From the NCBI RefSeq assembly GCF_009914755.1, contig NC_060937.1: a DNA stretch of 64,000 bases. One strand, given 5' to 3'. Positions 39,358-52,599 of the stretch are shown here, piece after piece. The stretch's first letter is position 1. Each line of letters begins with the position of its first letter. The notes under the pieces were generated by a model. That model did no database searches and had not been told where the DNA came from. It saw only the letters and a list, made by a program, of their open reading frames with translations. Position numbers and translations under genes: made by a program. The stretch comes from the human T2T-CHM13v2.0 reference genome, Homo sapiens.

Positions 39358-41769
39358 TCATATGGTTTGGCTCTGTGTCCCCACCTAACTGTCATGTTGA
39401 ATTGTAATTCCTAATGTTATGGAGGGACCTGGTGGAAGGTCATTGAATCATGGGGTTGGATTTTCCTCTTGCTGTTCTCATGATAGTGAGTGAGTTCTCA
39501 CAAGATCTGTTTGTTTAAAAGTGTGTAGCACTTTCCCCTTTACCCTCTTCCTCATGCTCTGACCATGTGAATACATGTCTTGCTTCCCATTCACCTTCTA
39601 CCATGGTTGTAAGATTCCTGAGGCCTCCCCAGCCAGGAAGAACTGTGAGTCAATTACACCACCTTTCTTTGTAAATTATCCAGTCTCAAGTATGTCTTTA
39701 AAGCAGTGCAAAAACAAATTAATACAGAAAACTGGTACCAGAGAAGTGGGCCATTGTTATAAAAGTACCTGAAAATGTGGAAGTGTCTTTGGAACTAGGT
39801 GATGGGCAGAGTTGAAACAGTTTGGAGGGCTCAGAAGAAGACAGAAACATGAGGGAAAGTTTGGAACTTCCTAGAACTTCCTCAAGGGTATCTGGCAGAA
39901 GAAACTTCTAAGCAGCAAATTGTTCAAGATGTGACCTGGCTGCTTCTAACTGTATATGCCAATATGCATACACAAAAAAAGACAGTCTGAAACTGAAACA
40001 TATTTAAAAGGGAAGCAGAGCATACAAGTTTGAAAAATTTACAGCCTGGTCATGTGGTAGAAAAGAAAAACCCATTTTCTGGGAGAAATTCAAGCTGACT
40101 GCAGAAATTTGCTTAAGTAAAGAGAGGTGAAATGCTAACATCGGAGATAATGGGAAAAATGCCTCCAGGACATTTCAGAGACTTTCATGGCAGCCCCTTC
40201 CATCAGAGGCTTGGAGCCCTAGGAGGGAAAAATGGTTTCATGGGACAGGCCCAGGGTCTCACAGCTCTGTGCAGCCTCAGGACATGGTGCCCTGCATCCC
40301 AGCTGCTCCAGCTCCAGCCATGAATAAAAGGGGTCAAGTACAGCACAGGCCACTGCTTCAGAGAGCATATGCCCCAAGACTTGGTGACTTCCACATGGTG
40401 TTGGGTCTGTGGATGCAAAGAAGCCTCTGCCTACATTTCAAAGGATGTATAGAAATGCCTGGATGTCCAGGCAAAAGTCTGCTGCTGGGGTAGAGTCCTT
40501 GTAGAGAACTTCTACTGGAGTGGAAATGTGGGGTTAGAGTCCTGTAGTAGTCTGTTTTCATGATGCTGATAAAGACACACCTAAGACTGGGTAATTTATA
40601 ACGAAAAAGAGGTTTAATGGATTAACAGTTCCATGTGGCTGGGGTGGCCTCACAGTCCTGCTGGAAGATGAAAGGCACATCTTACATGACAGCTGGCAAG
40701 AGAGAATGAGAGCCAAGTGAAGGGGGTTTCTCATTATAAAACCATCAGATCTCATGAGACTTATTCACTACCACAAGAACAGTATGGAGGAAACCCTCCC
40801 CCATGATTTATTTAACTCCCACCAGGCCTCTCCCACAACACGTGGGAATTATAGGAGCTACAATTCAAGATGAGATTTGGGTTGGGACACAGCCGAATCA
40901 TATCAAGTCCCCACACAGAGTCCCTACTGTGGCAGTGCCTACTGGAGCTGTGAGAAGAGAGCCACCATCCTCCAGATCCCAGAATGGTAGATCCACTGAC
41001 AGCTTGCACCATATGCCTGGAAAAGCCTCAGTTACTCAATGCCAGTCTGTGAAAGAAGCTGGAGTCAAAGGAGATTCTTTTGGAGCTTTAAGATTTAATG
41101 ACCGCCCTGTTGGGTTTCAGACTTGCATGGCATCTGTCTCGCCTTTGTTTTGATAAATTTTTCCCACTTGGAATGTGAGCATTTACCTATGACTGCACCC
41201 TCATTGTATCTTGGAAGTAACTAACTTGTTTTTTATTTCACAGGCTGATAGGCAGAAGGGACTTGCCTTGTCTCAGATAAGACTTTGGGCTTGAACTTTT
41301 GAGTTAATGCTGGAATGAGTTAAGACTTTGGGGGACTGTTGATGAGGCATAATTGTGTTTTGAAATTTGAGAAGGATATGAGATTTGGGAAGGGCCAGGG
41401 GCAGAGTGATACGGTTTGGCTGTGTCCCCACCAATCTCATATCAAATTGTAATTCCCAATGTTGGGGCAGGGACCTGTTGGAAGGTGATTAGATCGTGGG
41501 GGTGGATTTCCCCCTTGTTGTTCTTCTAGTGAACTCACTCTCACGAGAACTGGTTGTCTAAAAGTGTATAGCACTTCCTCCTTTGCTGTCTTCCTCCTGC
41601 TCTGCCTATGTGAAGACATGTCTTGCTTCCCCTTTACCTTCCACCACAATTGTAAGCTTCCTGAGGCCTCTCCAGTCATGTGGAACTGTGAGTCAATTAC
41701 ACCTCTTCTCTTTATATATTACCCAGGCTCAGGTATGTCTTTATAACAGTGTGAGAAATAACTAATACA
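39358..41769 (+). mobile_element. MSTA MaLR provirus (LTR 39358-39726, internally deleted internal region, LTR 41407-41769)
   Basis: Two direct LTRs with gagatctggttgtttaaaagtgtgtagcac-type motif; TSD cctat / tctat. Confidence 0.92.
40543..40905 (-). mobile_element. THE1B/C solo LTR inserted antisense in the MSTA internal region
   Basis: tgtagtagtctgttttc...gagatttgggttgggacacagccgaatcatatca; exact TSD agtcc at 40538-40542 and 40906-40910. Confidence 0.93.
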
Positions 41770-43799
41770 TCTATATACCAGTTATCCTTTGTTCTGTGAG
41801 TTGGCTTTTCATGATGGATGTGGTCAAGGGAGAAGATGATACCAAAATTGAACAAATTTGACTTTCCCCATTCCCAGATTTCGTATTTTAAAGAAATTCA
41901 CAGTAAGTGGCAGGAAGAGAAGCTGAAAAGACATGCAAATAGAGACCAAGATACCATGGGTAATTTGAAGTCTTTTATGTGAACCAAAGTTGTGAACAGT
42001 TTGAAGCTAAGATTTTAGCAGGGCCTATGCTAACTCAAAGTATAAAAGAAAAAGGATTTACAGAGCAGTCAGGAGTACTGTGGTAACCAACAGCAGAAAC
42101 TCAAATCAAATCAGTGCAATCAAAGAGGAAAGAAATATATTAATTCATTTAACAAAACATTAAATTTATCATTAAAGTGGAAAAAATAGAACCGGTAATT
42201 TAAAGGACAGATTATTTCAAATGGCGGAATCATCAAGTCTGCGAAATGAGAAAGAAGGCTATTTTCTGTATACTGTGGCATAGTAGAGTCATCAAAGTTA
42301 TGACCTTGAGGTACTTCTAACAAAGTCATTTTGGTTATTAATAGAATACTATTTAAGTGATTAAAAAAATAGAAGTAGATATCAAGGAGCAAATGTTTAC
42401 CATGAGACCAGCATTTATTTTTGATAAACGAGAAGTACCCAAGCAGCAAGTCCCAAGTGCCTATTTGTCTAGTTGGGTCTTACAGTAGAAGGCTAGTACT
42501 GTGTTCCAAAAGTTGCAGTCAGTGTTGCCATTGAATGGAACTGTAATAGTCCATCCTGACAAAGGTATCAGTTATGATTTTCATTTGATTTTCATTGTTT
42601 TCCTGTCTCTTCTTATTTAGTAACAGTTACATAAATCTATTATTATAAAATGTTAATAAAACAGGGTGAGAAAAAGATTTAGTTTCTCCTACATACAAAA
42701 AAAAAAAAAACTCTGTGTGCATACCTATACATAATCTACCTCCACAGTATAGTTTTAAATATTTCTCATTTTTAACATTTATTAAATATTTCCTCTTTTT
42801 ATTTTTGTGAATTTCATTAATCTGCATATTATATTTTGATTTTATAGATAAATATTATAATTTTAAGCATACACAACAAGAAAAATAAATACCAATACTT
42901 ATTTTTACTTATGTATTTTTTGTTTTTAATTACTCTTCTAGATTTGTCATTTTTGATGGTCTATTCAGTAATTCTCCAATTGCTTCTTCCTTGCTATATC
43001 TAAACAGAATTACCTAATATTAGTCTTATGAATGCAGTTACTTTTACTAAGGATTTATGCATTTAATTAGTCACAGGATTCATTACAGAGGTGTTTGAAA
43101 TCAACTGTGACAGAAAGATTGTCAATTAGTTTCACTGGTTACTATACATGAATAATTGAGTTTATTTTACAAACAACTGTTAAAATAACTTCTCCAATTA
43201 GGAAAAGTTACCAGAGAGTAACTTAAAATAAATATGTTATAAACAAAGAATAACACATTTACTGCCCAAGTGAATCACAGACAGCAGAATTTCAAATTAT
43301 AGTAAAATGTTTTAATGTGGTATATAAACTGAAACACTTAAAGAAACAGCATGTACTATTAAAAATAAGCTTATTATATTCTCATCCTGTTTGGATAGTA
43401 AAATTGCTGTCAATAACTCCCTTTATTAGAGTGCTTCTGTATAACTAGCTTGTTCTTCTCTGTCTACATTATACTAGGTCTTCATTTCTTGACCAGTTTT
43501 TTAATAGCATAGTTTAGGGATATTTTTAGCAATACCCATGGAAATAGAGATAAAATGTTTATTTTATTTTGGAGATAATTGCCCTCTATAGATGCTGCAA
43601 TTTGCAAATATGCAAATAAAGAAAGCAGCAGAATAAATTTTTTAAGGTATTGCCATCCTTTTTCTAGGAGGTACCTTCATTCTCTGGCTTAGCAATAACT
43701 AATTCACACACTCGTTACTACCAATGCTCCTCGCAAAACTGCCATGTTTATAAAGGATGAATCATAACTTATCGTTTACTTTTCCAAGTTCTTCTGCAC

Positions 43800-44000
43800 A
43801 GTGGTTAAGAAATTCCAGAGTCTGATGGCTGGAGTTTGAATCCTGGCTCGATCACTTGCTGAAATTTAACAAGTTTTTCATCTCCTGTGCCATACTTTCC
43901 TCATTTCAGATAGTATTTGATGCGACTTATTGCTAAGGTTAAAGAAGTTAGCTCTAAAATAGTACCTGACACATAGTAATCATTTCAAAAGTGTGAGCTA
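43800..44000 (+). mobile_element. MIR
   Basis: agtggttaaga...gtttgaatcctggctc...tttcctcatt...agtacctgacacatagtaa. Confidence 0.8.
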
Positions 44001-44705
44001 AGGGTATCGTGTGCTCTATTTGTGTAGTAGTGTTTTCATGTTTTATTGTAGGTGGTTTGTTTTTTCTGGATTATTCTCTCTTCCTAAAATCATTCTCGAC
44101 AGCATAGATGCTTGCTGATTCCACGTAAACAAAAAGACGTTTTTCTCACTTATTTTTGTTTGTGGGCATATGCATGTATATCTATTCTTAGTGCTATGGG
44201 ACTTTTTCTCTGATATACAAACCAGATAACTTGTAAATAATTGAATAAAAGTATATTATATACACTTCTTTTCAGAGATATGGTAGTCTTTTCTAAACAT
44301 GCCTGATAACTGAAAATAATCCATTTCCCTGTATGCAATTCTGAGTTAGCTGGGGCGTTCTGGTCAAATGAAGATTACTGAAAATTTGACTTAATCCTTA
44401 AATTCATAATTTGGGAGACCAAATCCCACTGTTTAACTTCTGTGGTTTCATCACAGCTATTTCCTCATGGCTTACTAGTTTCTTGTTTCACATTCTCATT
44501 GGATGGGTCATTCTGTCCCACACAGACCTGGATTTAGAGCTCATCCCCTTTAGGGGTTTCCAGAAAAATATCTACTCACATTAAATGTCCAGTGAGTTTT
44601 GGAATTTATTGGAGATTTAGATGTTATGAGAAAAGACTTCACGTTGTTTTCAGTCTTCCACTATCCTGTAGCTCCAAGTGTTATTTTTTCCCCTTCTCTC
44701 TAATG

Positions 44706-44731
44706 AAAAAAAAAAAAAAAAAAAAAAAAAA
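44706..44731. repeat. Poly(A)26
   Basis: Pure A run with no recognisable SINE body upstream. Confidence 0.95.
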
Positions 44732-45424
44732 GAAAGAGATCCTTCCTGGGCTCATGCACAGCAGTTCCAGACCCTCTTAAGATCCGATATTCTACTCTGT
44801 TTGATTTGCAAGAAAGATTTTCAACTAAGATAGGACTTTACTTGTGAGATTCACATAACCTCTGCTATCAGAAAAAAACAAAACTTTTGTTTTTCTTTTT
44901 CTGACCTTTTCAATAAGCGAGCATTACTTTGGTTTCAGAATTATTATTTGTCTTTTACAACTACATAATATCTTTGGAAGTGGCCAGCCTCATTGGGCAC
45001 ACTGCATGACTTTGCAACTTAGCTAAGGAAGTACGGGGATTTTAAGGTTTGACAGACTTCAGTAGAGGGATTTGAAGATTTTTCAGAATCAATTAGAAAG
45101 TCTTGCCAACTATACGCTTGAAGAAAACTCATTCTTATGGCAGGAAATTTCATACAAAGAGCAAAGAGGCAGGTAGTATAGGTCAAGGGGTAGTGGATTC
45201 TACAAGGCAACAGAGAATCTTAAAAAGTAGCTGAGAAAAACGATTTGCACTTTTTGGTCAGGAAACACTTGGAGGGTAGTGCACTAACAATGTTAAATTT
45301 CAAAATGTTATGTTAAACTTTCTCATATGTGCTCTGTCCTAAACTAGGTGTCGTCCTAGAACGGAGAGAGTTTTGAGAGCTCTAAGCCATAAAAGTTCAT
45401 AGTCAAGATCACCGTTCTAAAATT

Positions 45425-45620
45425 AAGTAGACAGGAAGAAGAATCCTAGCTTTACCAGTCACTAACTGCAGGGTCTTGAGTGAGGTCATTTATCTGACTA
45501 AAAGTTCAATTTTCTCATCGGAAAAACTGAAAAAATAATATAGACGTGACTGAGGTTTTGTGATGATTAAAAGATGTAGTATATGTAAATCACCCAGAGA
45601 ACATTTGGGAAGTAGAAAGC
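45425..45620 (+). mobile_element. MIR
   Basis: gaatcctagctttacc...ttttctcatcggaaaaa...gttttgtgatgattaaaagatgtagtatatgtaaa. Confidence 0.75.
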
Positions 45621-45743
45621 AGCTTCTGTGTGGTGTTTTTAGTAGTACATGGGGGCTGAGAGGAAGGTCAACAGGTAATGTTGCTTCACCTCTAAGGACA
45701 ATAAAGATTCATATATTAAAAGGAAATACTTTTAATGCTTTTT

Positions 45744-46190
<447 letters not shown>

Positions 46191-46490
46191 GTAAATGCTT
46201 AATAATTGAAATACAAAACTGAGTATATGACTTGGTGTCTGATTATGCATTTGATTCTTAGGCTTTAAATTATATCTAGTTTCAAACAAAATTAAGTTGG
46301 TCATATGGAACTATGATAGATACCTAAATGTTCATTGTTCAGTGAGCTGACATTTCTTCTGACAAATGACAAAATAATACAAAAGCATTAGCAGAATATT
46401 GCTTCAATATACAACTTAAATGCAAATTTTCTATACTCATTATCAGAAATTTGGGAATGCTAGTGTATTCCGTTTATGAAGGTTTGTATA

Positions 46491-46602
46491 CAATTTTATA
46501 TTCCTTAACAACCATCTATTCAATTTTATACATTCTTAATATATTGTAATTTTTATACATTCTAAATATATTTTTCACAATTTTACCCATTCTAAATATA
46601 TT
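46491..46602. repeat. Degenerate AT-rich minisatellite (~26-30 bp unit)
   Basis: Three to four copies of caattttatacattctaaatatatt-like units. Confidence 0.7.
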
Positions 46603-48009
46603 AAAAGAATGAGTAGATCCCTAAGTATTGGTCTAAATAAATAATACTAAATACTTGAAACATTAGTAAGAATTATCGATAAAAATGTTTAAACGTCCAA
46701 AATTTTAAGAACTGGAGTAACTTTCTGAAGTGCTAGTTTAATCCTTATTGCCCATGTGGATGATCAGACTGAATACTACAATCTATTTTATTAAATAATT
46801 TGAATACAAAATTGTAATTATATTTCTATCTTTTTGGAACAAATTTTACTTCAGCTATTAAAAAATTATTAGAGATGTGCATATGAGATTGTTAATTATA
46901 CCACTGGAAAAATATCCTTTTATGGACATCATCTCTCTAAGTGTCCTCAAATGACAACTTCTTACAGTCACAAACATATTGGATTAAGGTGGATTGAAAC
47001 AGACTAAGAATATGTAGAGAATTTATTATAAAAAATGGAAGCAATGAAAATGACGAGATAAGGAAAATGACAGTTGAGAGGGCACACATTCAATGTATAT
47101 CAATGTAACAAAAAGATGCCCTAGTATTGCCATACTTCAACCTTGTCATCATCTATCATTTGCTTTTTGAAACCAACTTTAATTCTTACAAAAGACGCAA
47201 CCAATACAGCTTTCATGGCATAGAAATTTTAAGAGACATTATGAATGTTATTCATGTAATGACTGTTTCATGTATTTTTAATAGTTCTTTATTTATGTGA
47301 TGGTGAGAATTCTCCCTAATAAACAAGAAATTATAAGCTCAAACTAAAACAAGGAGAGCAAAGCTTGAAGTGTAAAATTCTTGACATCATTAGAGAAAAT
47401 TAAAATCTGAAACAAAAATTTATGGACACTATCCTGCTCTCAAAGATTCTATGTATTTCCTTTATTTTTAAAAAAAATGCATTTTAATCCACAAATACTG
47501 ATATCAATGGAGAACCACAGCATCTACATGCATATGGTTTTAAAAATGGAAAATGATGTGTCATAACTCTGATATTTAGAGAGGTAACCCATTTAATAAT
47601 GCAACTTGTTATATCTCATAAAAGCTTAAGAAAGGTGACTCCAAAACTCTGATTTGGAGGATAACACTGATATCTGATAAAATAAACAAAAATATTACTT
47701 TGCCTCCCACAACAAGAGTATTTGACTTTTACAAACTGAGCTTGATTATAGTCTAAGCAAAGAAATAATATAATTACATTTTTGAAATGAAAAGTAAAAG
47801 GATAGAGGGAATCAAGGAAGAAATGTTTACACTGGGTATTCGGAATTGTCTAAAGCAGGTGGTGTCTTAGCTCATGGGACTTATTTTTCAAGTATCCAGG
47901 GCAAGACTATGCTTGCTGTAAACATGAACATAGAAAGTTTTTTTTACTGTCAATGGGATTAGATGTATGCATATTGTCAGGTAACTTTCTACATCTTATA
48001 ATTACTTTA

Positions 48010-48460
48010 TATTAATTATATATTGCCTATGTACAAATTACCACAAATCTATGGGTTTAAAACAACAAAAGTCTACTAGCAGATGTCTAACCTCAAGAAA
48101 TTGGCAGGGCTTCAATCTTTCTAAAGGTTTTGGGGGAAAATCCACTTCCATACACCTTTCCAACTTGTAAAGGCTGCCTGCAGTCTTTGCCTCATGGTTC
48201 CCCAGTGTTGAAAGTGTATCACTGCTCACTCCAACCTCTGGTTCTTTGGTAACATCTCTTTCTTCTTTGATTCCATTATCTTCCCCTTATAAGGGCTCTT
48301 GTGATTATATTGGGCCCAATTTTAATAATTGAGAATGATCTCCTCATCTCAAGGTCCTTAACTTAATCATATCTGCTAAATCTCTTTTTAAGGTAACATA
48401 TCCATAGGTTGTGATGATTAGTATCTAATCATCTTTGGGGGAGCCTTTATTATCACACTT
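48010..48460 (-). mobile_element. MLT1C/D LTR
   Basis: acaaattaccacaaa...ttaaaacaaca; cttgtgattatattgggccc; catctcaaggtccttaacttaatcatatctgc. Confidence 0.85.
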
Positions 48461-48532
48461 TTCCAACCAAAATCATTTAATTTGGCCCTGAAAGCTTGTC
48501 TATAGGAAATGGGCATGCTGATACATATACAA

Positions 48533-48714
<182 letters not shown>

Positions 48715-49289
48715 TAATAATACCTATTAGGCTAGGTACTGGTGAAACCAAGTTTCATATGAAATGATAACCTAAGGGGCAACAAGGAAGACCAAATAGA
48801 TACATCAATAATAGAAATAAATGAGTAAGCCTATGAAAATAATTAAGGTTTTTTTTGTTTTGTTTGTTTGTTTGTTTGATTGTAATATAGAGAGCAGACA
48901 CCAAAAAGGCAAAAATCACATTTTGACTTAAGTTTTCAATGGTATGTGCAAATTATCCACAAGTAGGGAAGAGATTGCATTCAGTCCCTGAGTCTATGTG
49001 CTAAAATAGTAAAGAATAGGAGATTCTGTCACTTTTAGCACATGCAAACAGTTACATAGACACCTACACCTGTATAAAGGGTATCACTGGAGGATAGCAC
49101 TACTCCATGCTAGAAAAATAATGCATACTTAGATTATTAATAATCTCGTAGACTAAGCCAGGGAGTTTAAATTTTGTCATAAATACCATTGTGATCAAAT
49201 GGGCACTTCAAAACAAATAAACGATATAATTATAGTTTTATTGGAAAGCAGTCAGAAAGGGGGGTTGACAGGAGAGTGTAATGGAAGGA

Positions 49290-49536
49290 AACACGTGGAA
49301 GATGTGAGAAATAAATAAATTTAGCAAGCAGTGAGTTTGGAAGAGACCCCTAAGTCTCATTTGGGGGCCACAGTCCTGTCTAAACTTTAATTTTAGTCTG
49401 ATGAGAATCTGAGCAGAGAAACTAGTCACACCATTTTAGACTTCTGACCTACAGAAACCATAAGAAAATACTTAAGTGTTGTTTAAAGCACTATATTTGT
49501 AGCAATTTGTTATGACAGCAATCGAAATCTAATATA
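49290..49536 (+). mobile_element. MLT1E/F-type LTR 3' part
   Basis: gagaatctgagcagagaaactagtc...gacttctgacctacagaaac...aatttgttatgacagcaatcgaaatctaatata. Confidence 0.75.
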
Positions 49537-50589
49537 GTAATTATATGGGTGCTCATTACTCCAGTTTCCACAGAATATAATTTCCAATTTGATAAAGAAG
49601 AGAAAATGCCACATGTTGTTTATTCAACATCATTGAAATATTACATGACAGGTGACTTCCCATGAAGAGGACACATTTGTTTTTTCAATCTGCATTCACT
49701 TGTGACTGTAATTTTTCTCTTATTCTTTATATATTCTCTTCAGTAAAGAGAGCCGCAGGGAACAGTATACGGTCCAGGCCTGGCTAATCACCAATCCAGC
49801 AGTGATAACTTTTTTTAGGCACAGTGATTGTGCCAATCAGAATTATCTCTAATATTTGTCCCTCGATGGTAATGATAGTTTTGTGAACTTGCTTTTACCT
49901 GACTTTATTAATTTCTTCTTCAGCATAAGTTAGCCTGAGAAGGATTCCTATATTTTGTAACTCAGAGAGTTCTAATTCACCCTTCAATTGAAGCTAATAA
50001 AAGTCTATGCTTATGGTGTGATAAAATTATAAAGTATATTAGTGATCACTTATATTTCTAGATTCATTTTCATCATAAGTTAAATGAGTATTATCACAGT
50101 CTATTTGTGTGAGCCAACGTATTTAAAAGTGTTAGATGTGGGTTCATTACTATAAACAGATTCAACTAATGAACATTATGCTATGTCTCTTAATTAAAAA
50201 GTTTTCATTGTAAGGCCTAACGACAAATGAAGTTAAGTGAATGTTACTTTCAAGAGCATATTTTATTAGTGAGTTTAAAGAGAAATGCTAACATATATAA
50301 ATATAGATATATAGAGATATAGAGATATAGATATATTATACATACATGTATGAGTAGCTGAATGGCATTTAAAGCACAGAACCCAACAAGTTAACATAAC
50401 ATTGAAAAACACATCCTGATAGAAGATGAGAAGCGTCAAGAGTAGCAAGTCAGGAGCTCCACTCTAAAGGTTAAGTGAACATTCAAAAAATATAGAGCAC
50501 CACTCCTTAACAGATTCAGACTCAACTAGTTTTCACTGATAGTTTGAGGCAGTAAGTCACGCCACACAACCAAAAGGTGTGGTACCTGT

Positions 50590-50730
50590 TATCAACCAAA
50601 TTTTACAGATGAGATATTATAAAAATATTGAAGATTTAAAATACAACCAAAATTATCCAGGTGGTAGTAAAGAGCCCTAGAATATAAACCTAACACCTTC
50701 ACCCCAAGTTTGTATTAATTTCACTGCAAT
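50590..50730 (-). mobile_element. MIR fragment
   Basis: attttacagatgag core with degenerate continuation. Confidence 0.5.
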
Positions 50731-51702
50731 ATGTCACTTCCATATTACACTCTGTTTAACTGACTGGAATACGCTGAAGAAATTTCCAAAGTGTATATAT
50801 ACTTCTAATATAATATAATAAATAAAAATCTTAATTATTGTATGTATTAATGCCTAATACATTTTAATAATTACAAGTATACTTTAATAAGTATAATTCC
50901 ATTATACTCAGGAATTCAAAAGTATTTTTGATAGAATTTCTTCATTTTGAATTCAAAGAGTTTATATTCACATATCTTGTTTCTTACATCATATATTTGT
51001 GTGTATATCAATGTATGTATATTCATATACTTACACATATTTTTATAAAGTTTTTTTCCTGTGGAGTTATCTGTTCTTTATTTTCAAATTATCTTTGTTT
51101 CTTCAAAACACTGAAGTAATAAGGAAGAATTTTTAGCTCAAGACAATGTTCAAATGCTTAAGCTAAATTGACACAATAAAGCTAAGAGATTATTGCCTAT
51201 CAGGTCAATAATTTGTGAACTAAGAAGGATTAATAGGATTTACAACTCTTTTCAGCTACATGTGGCACAAGTAATACTAATTATATTTTCATTAACTTTT
51301 GAAGCTAGATCATGTTCTCATAATTTAGTCCTGTTATGGACTAATCCATGGTTTTATTGTTAAATAAATTTTAATGATTTAAAATCATAACATGTTATGA
51401 TTTTAAAAACTCATAATAATACACCAAATTTGATACTTATTTTGAATTTATCATACTCCTTTTGAATCCAATATAAATGTCATTTCTAGTTTATTATTTT
51501 CTTCAGAATGTGCAGATTTGAGCACTCCAAACCCACTGAGGTAATCCTTCACTGCGCAATATTCATACTTGAAATGTATGTTATTTGCTGAAAACTTTGC
51601 TCTAAAGAAAAGTGAGGTAAATACATGAGAAAGTTGTTACCTAGATAGTATCCTCTCCTTTCTCTTGTCTCCTATGTTTTCAGCATATACTCCATAGTGC
51701 TT

Positions 51703-52170
51703 ATGACAGAGACTACTAGTTTCCCCGTTCGTCACTGGTAATAGTTATAGCTAGGTATAAGGACAATAAGAAAGAGATTATATATTCTAAGCTCTCTTGC
51801 AGCTAGATTTGGTCATATAAATGTGTTCTGTGCAATGGAACAGAAGTGATTATTTCAAATTTTGGATTGGGCCAATTTTGGATTTGGAAAGGATTAGATG
51901 TTCTTTTTGCTTTTTTTCCCCTTCCTTATGGCTAGAAGGTAGATGTGATGGTGGCAGCTGGCATACCTCCTAGACTTTAGAAACTGATGTAGAGGTTGGC
52001 AAAATAAAGAGCTAGAAAGCTTTCATCCGTACCACTAAAAAACTTGTGATATGAACTATGGACTGACTTTGTTTGACACTTTCACAAAAAATTCTGTCTT
52101 ACTTAACCCACTAACAGTTTCTCCTTTTTTGTTTTTTTTTTTCCCAGCAGTGAAAGTGGCATTCCAATAC
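51703..52170 (+). mobile_element. MLT1I/J-type LTR
   Basis: ctctcttgcagctagatttggtcatat...caatggaacagaagtga; ttctgtcttacttaacccact; ends ccaataca. Confidence 0.65.
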
Positions 52171-52599
52171 AGGTCTTTATTTGAATCACTCGTTTCACAT
52201 ACAGCTTTAGCTTCCTTGTTTTTCTCCCCTCATCACATATCTGCCAGGAACACTATGATCTTGATGGAAGCCAAAAGACCCTCTTCTCTGATAAAATCAG
52301 AAAATTGGGAATTTTGGAAGTTTTGTACATTCGTGATCATCATCCTAAAATGGACAATGTTTTCTTAAAATTTTAATAAAATTCTCTTGTAAGTTTCTTC
52401 TCTCATTCGCTGCAATATTTTATTCTCTACTTTTTAACTTCTCAAGTTCATTCTCCCTCCCTTCCTCAGAATATCTCTCGTAACTTCATACTCTGCTAAG
52501 GAAATACAAAAACAAAAGCAAAACAGAAAACATAGGCATAGAATTCAAATTTCTCATTTTCTGTCAGAGATATAAGCCATTTTGGTAACCTTTTCCATC

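Noticed and set aside
46491-46602. Spaced short repeats considered as a CRISPR-like array
   Set aside because: Degenerate AT-rich minisatellite without unique constant-length spacers, in eukaryotic DNA with no cas genes.
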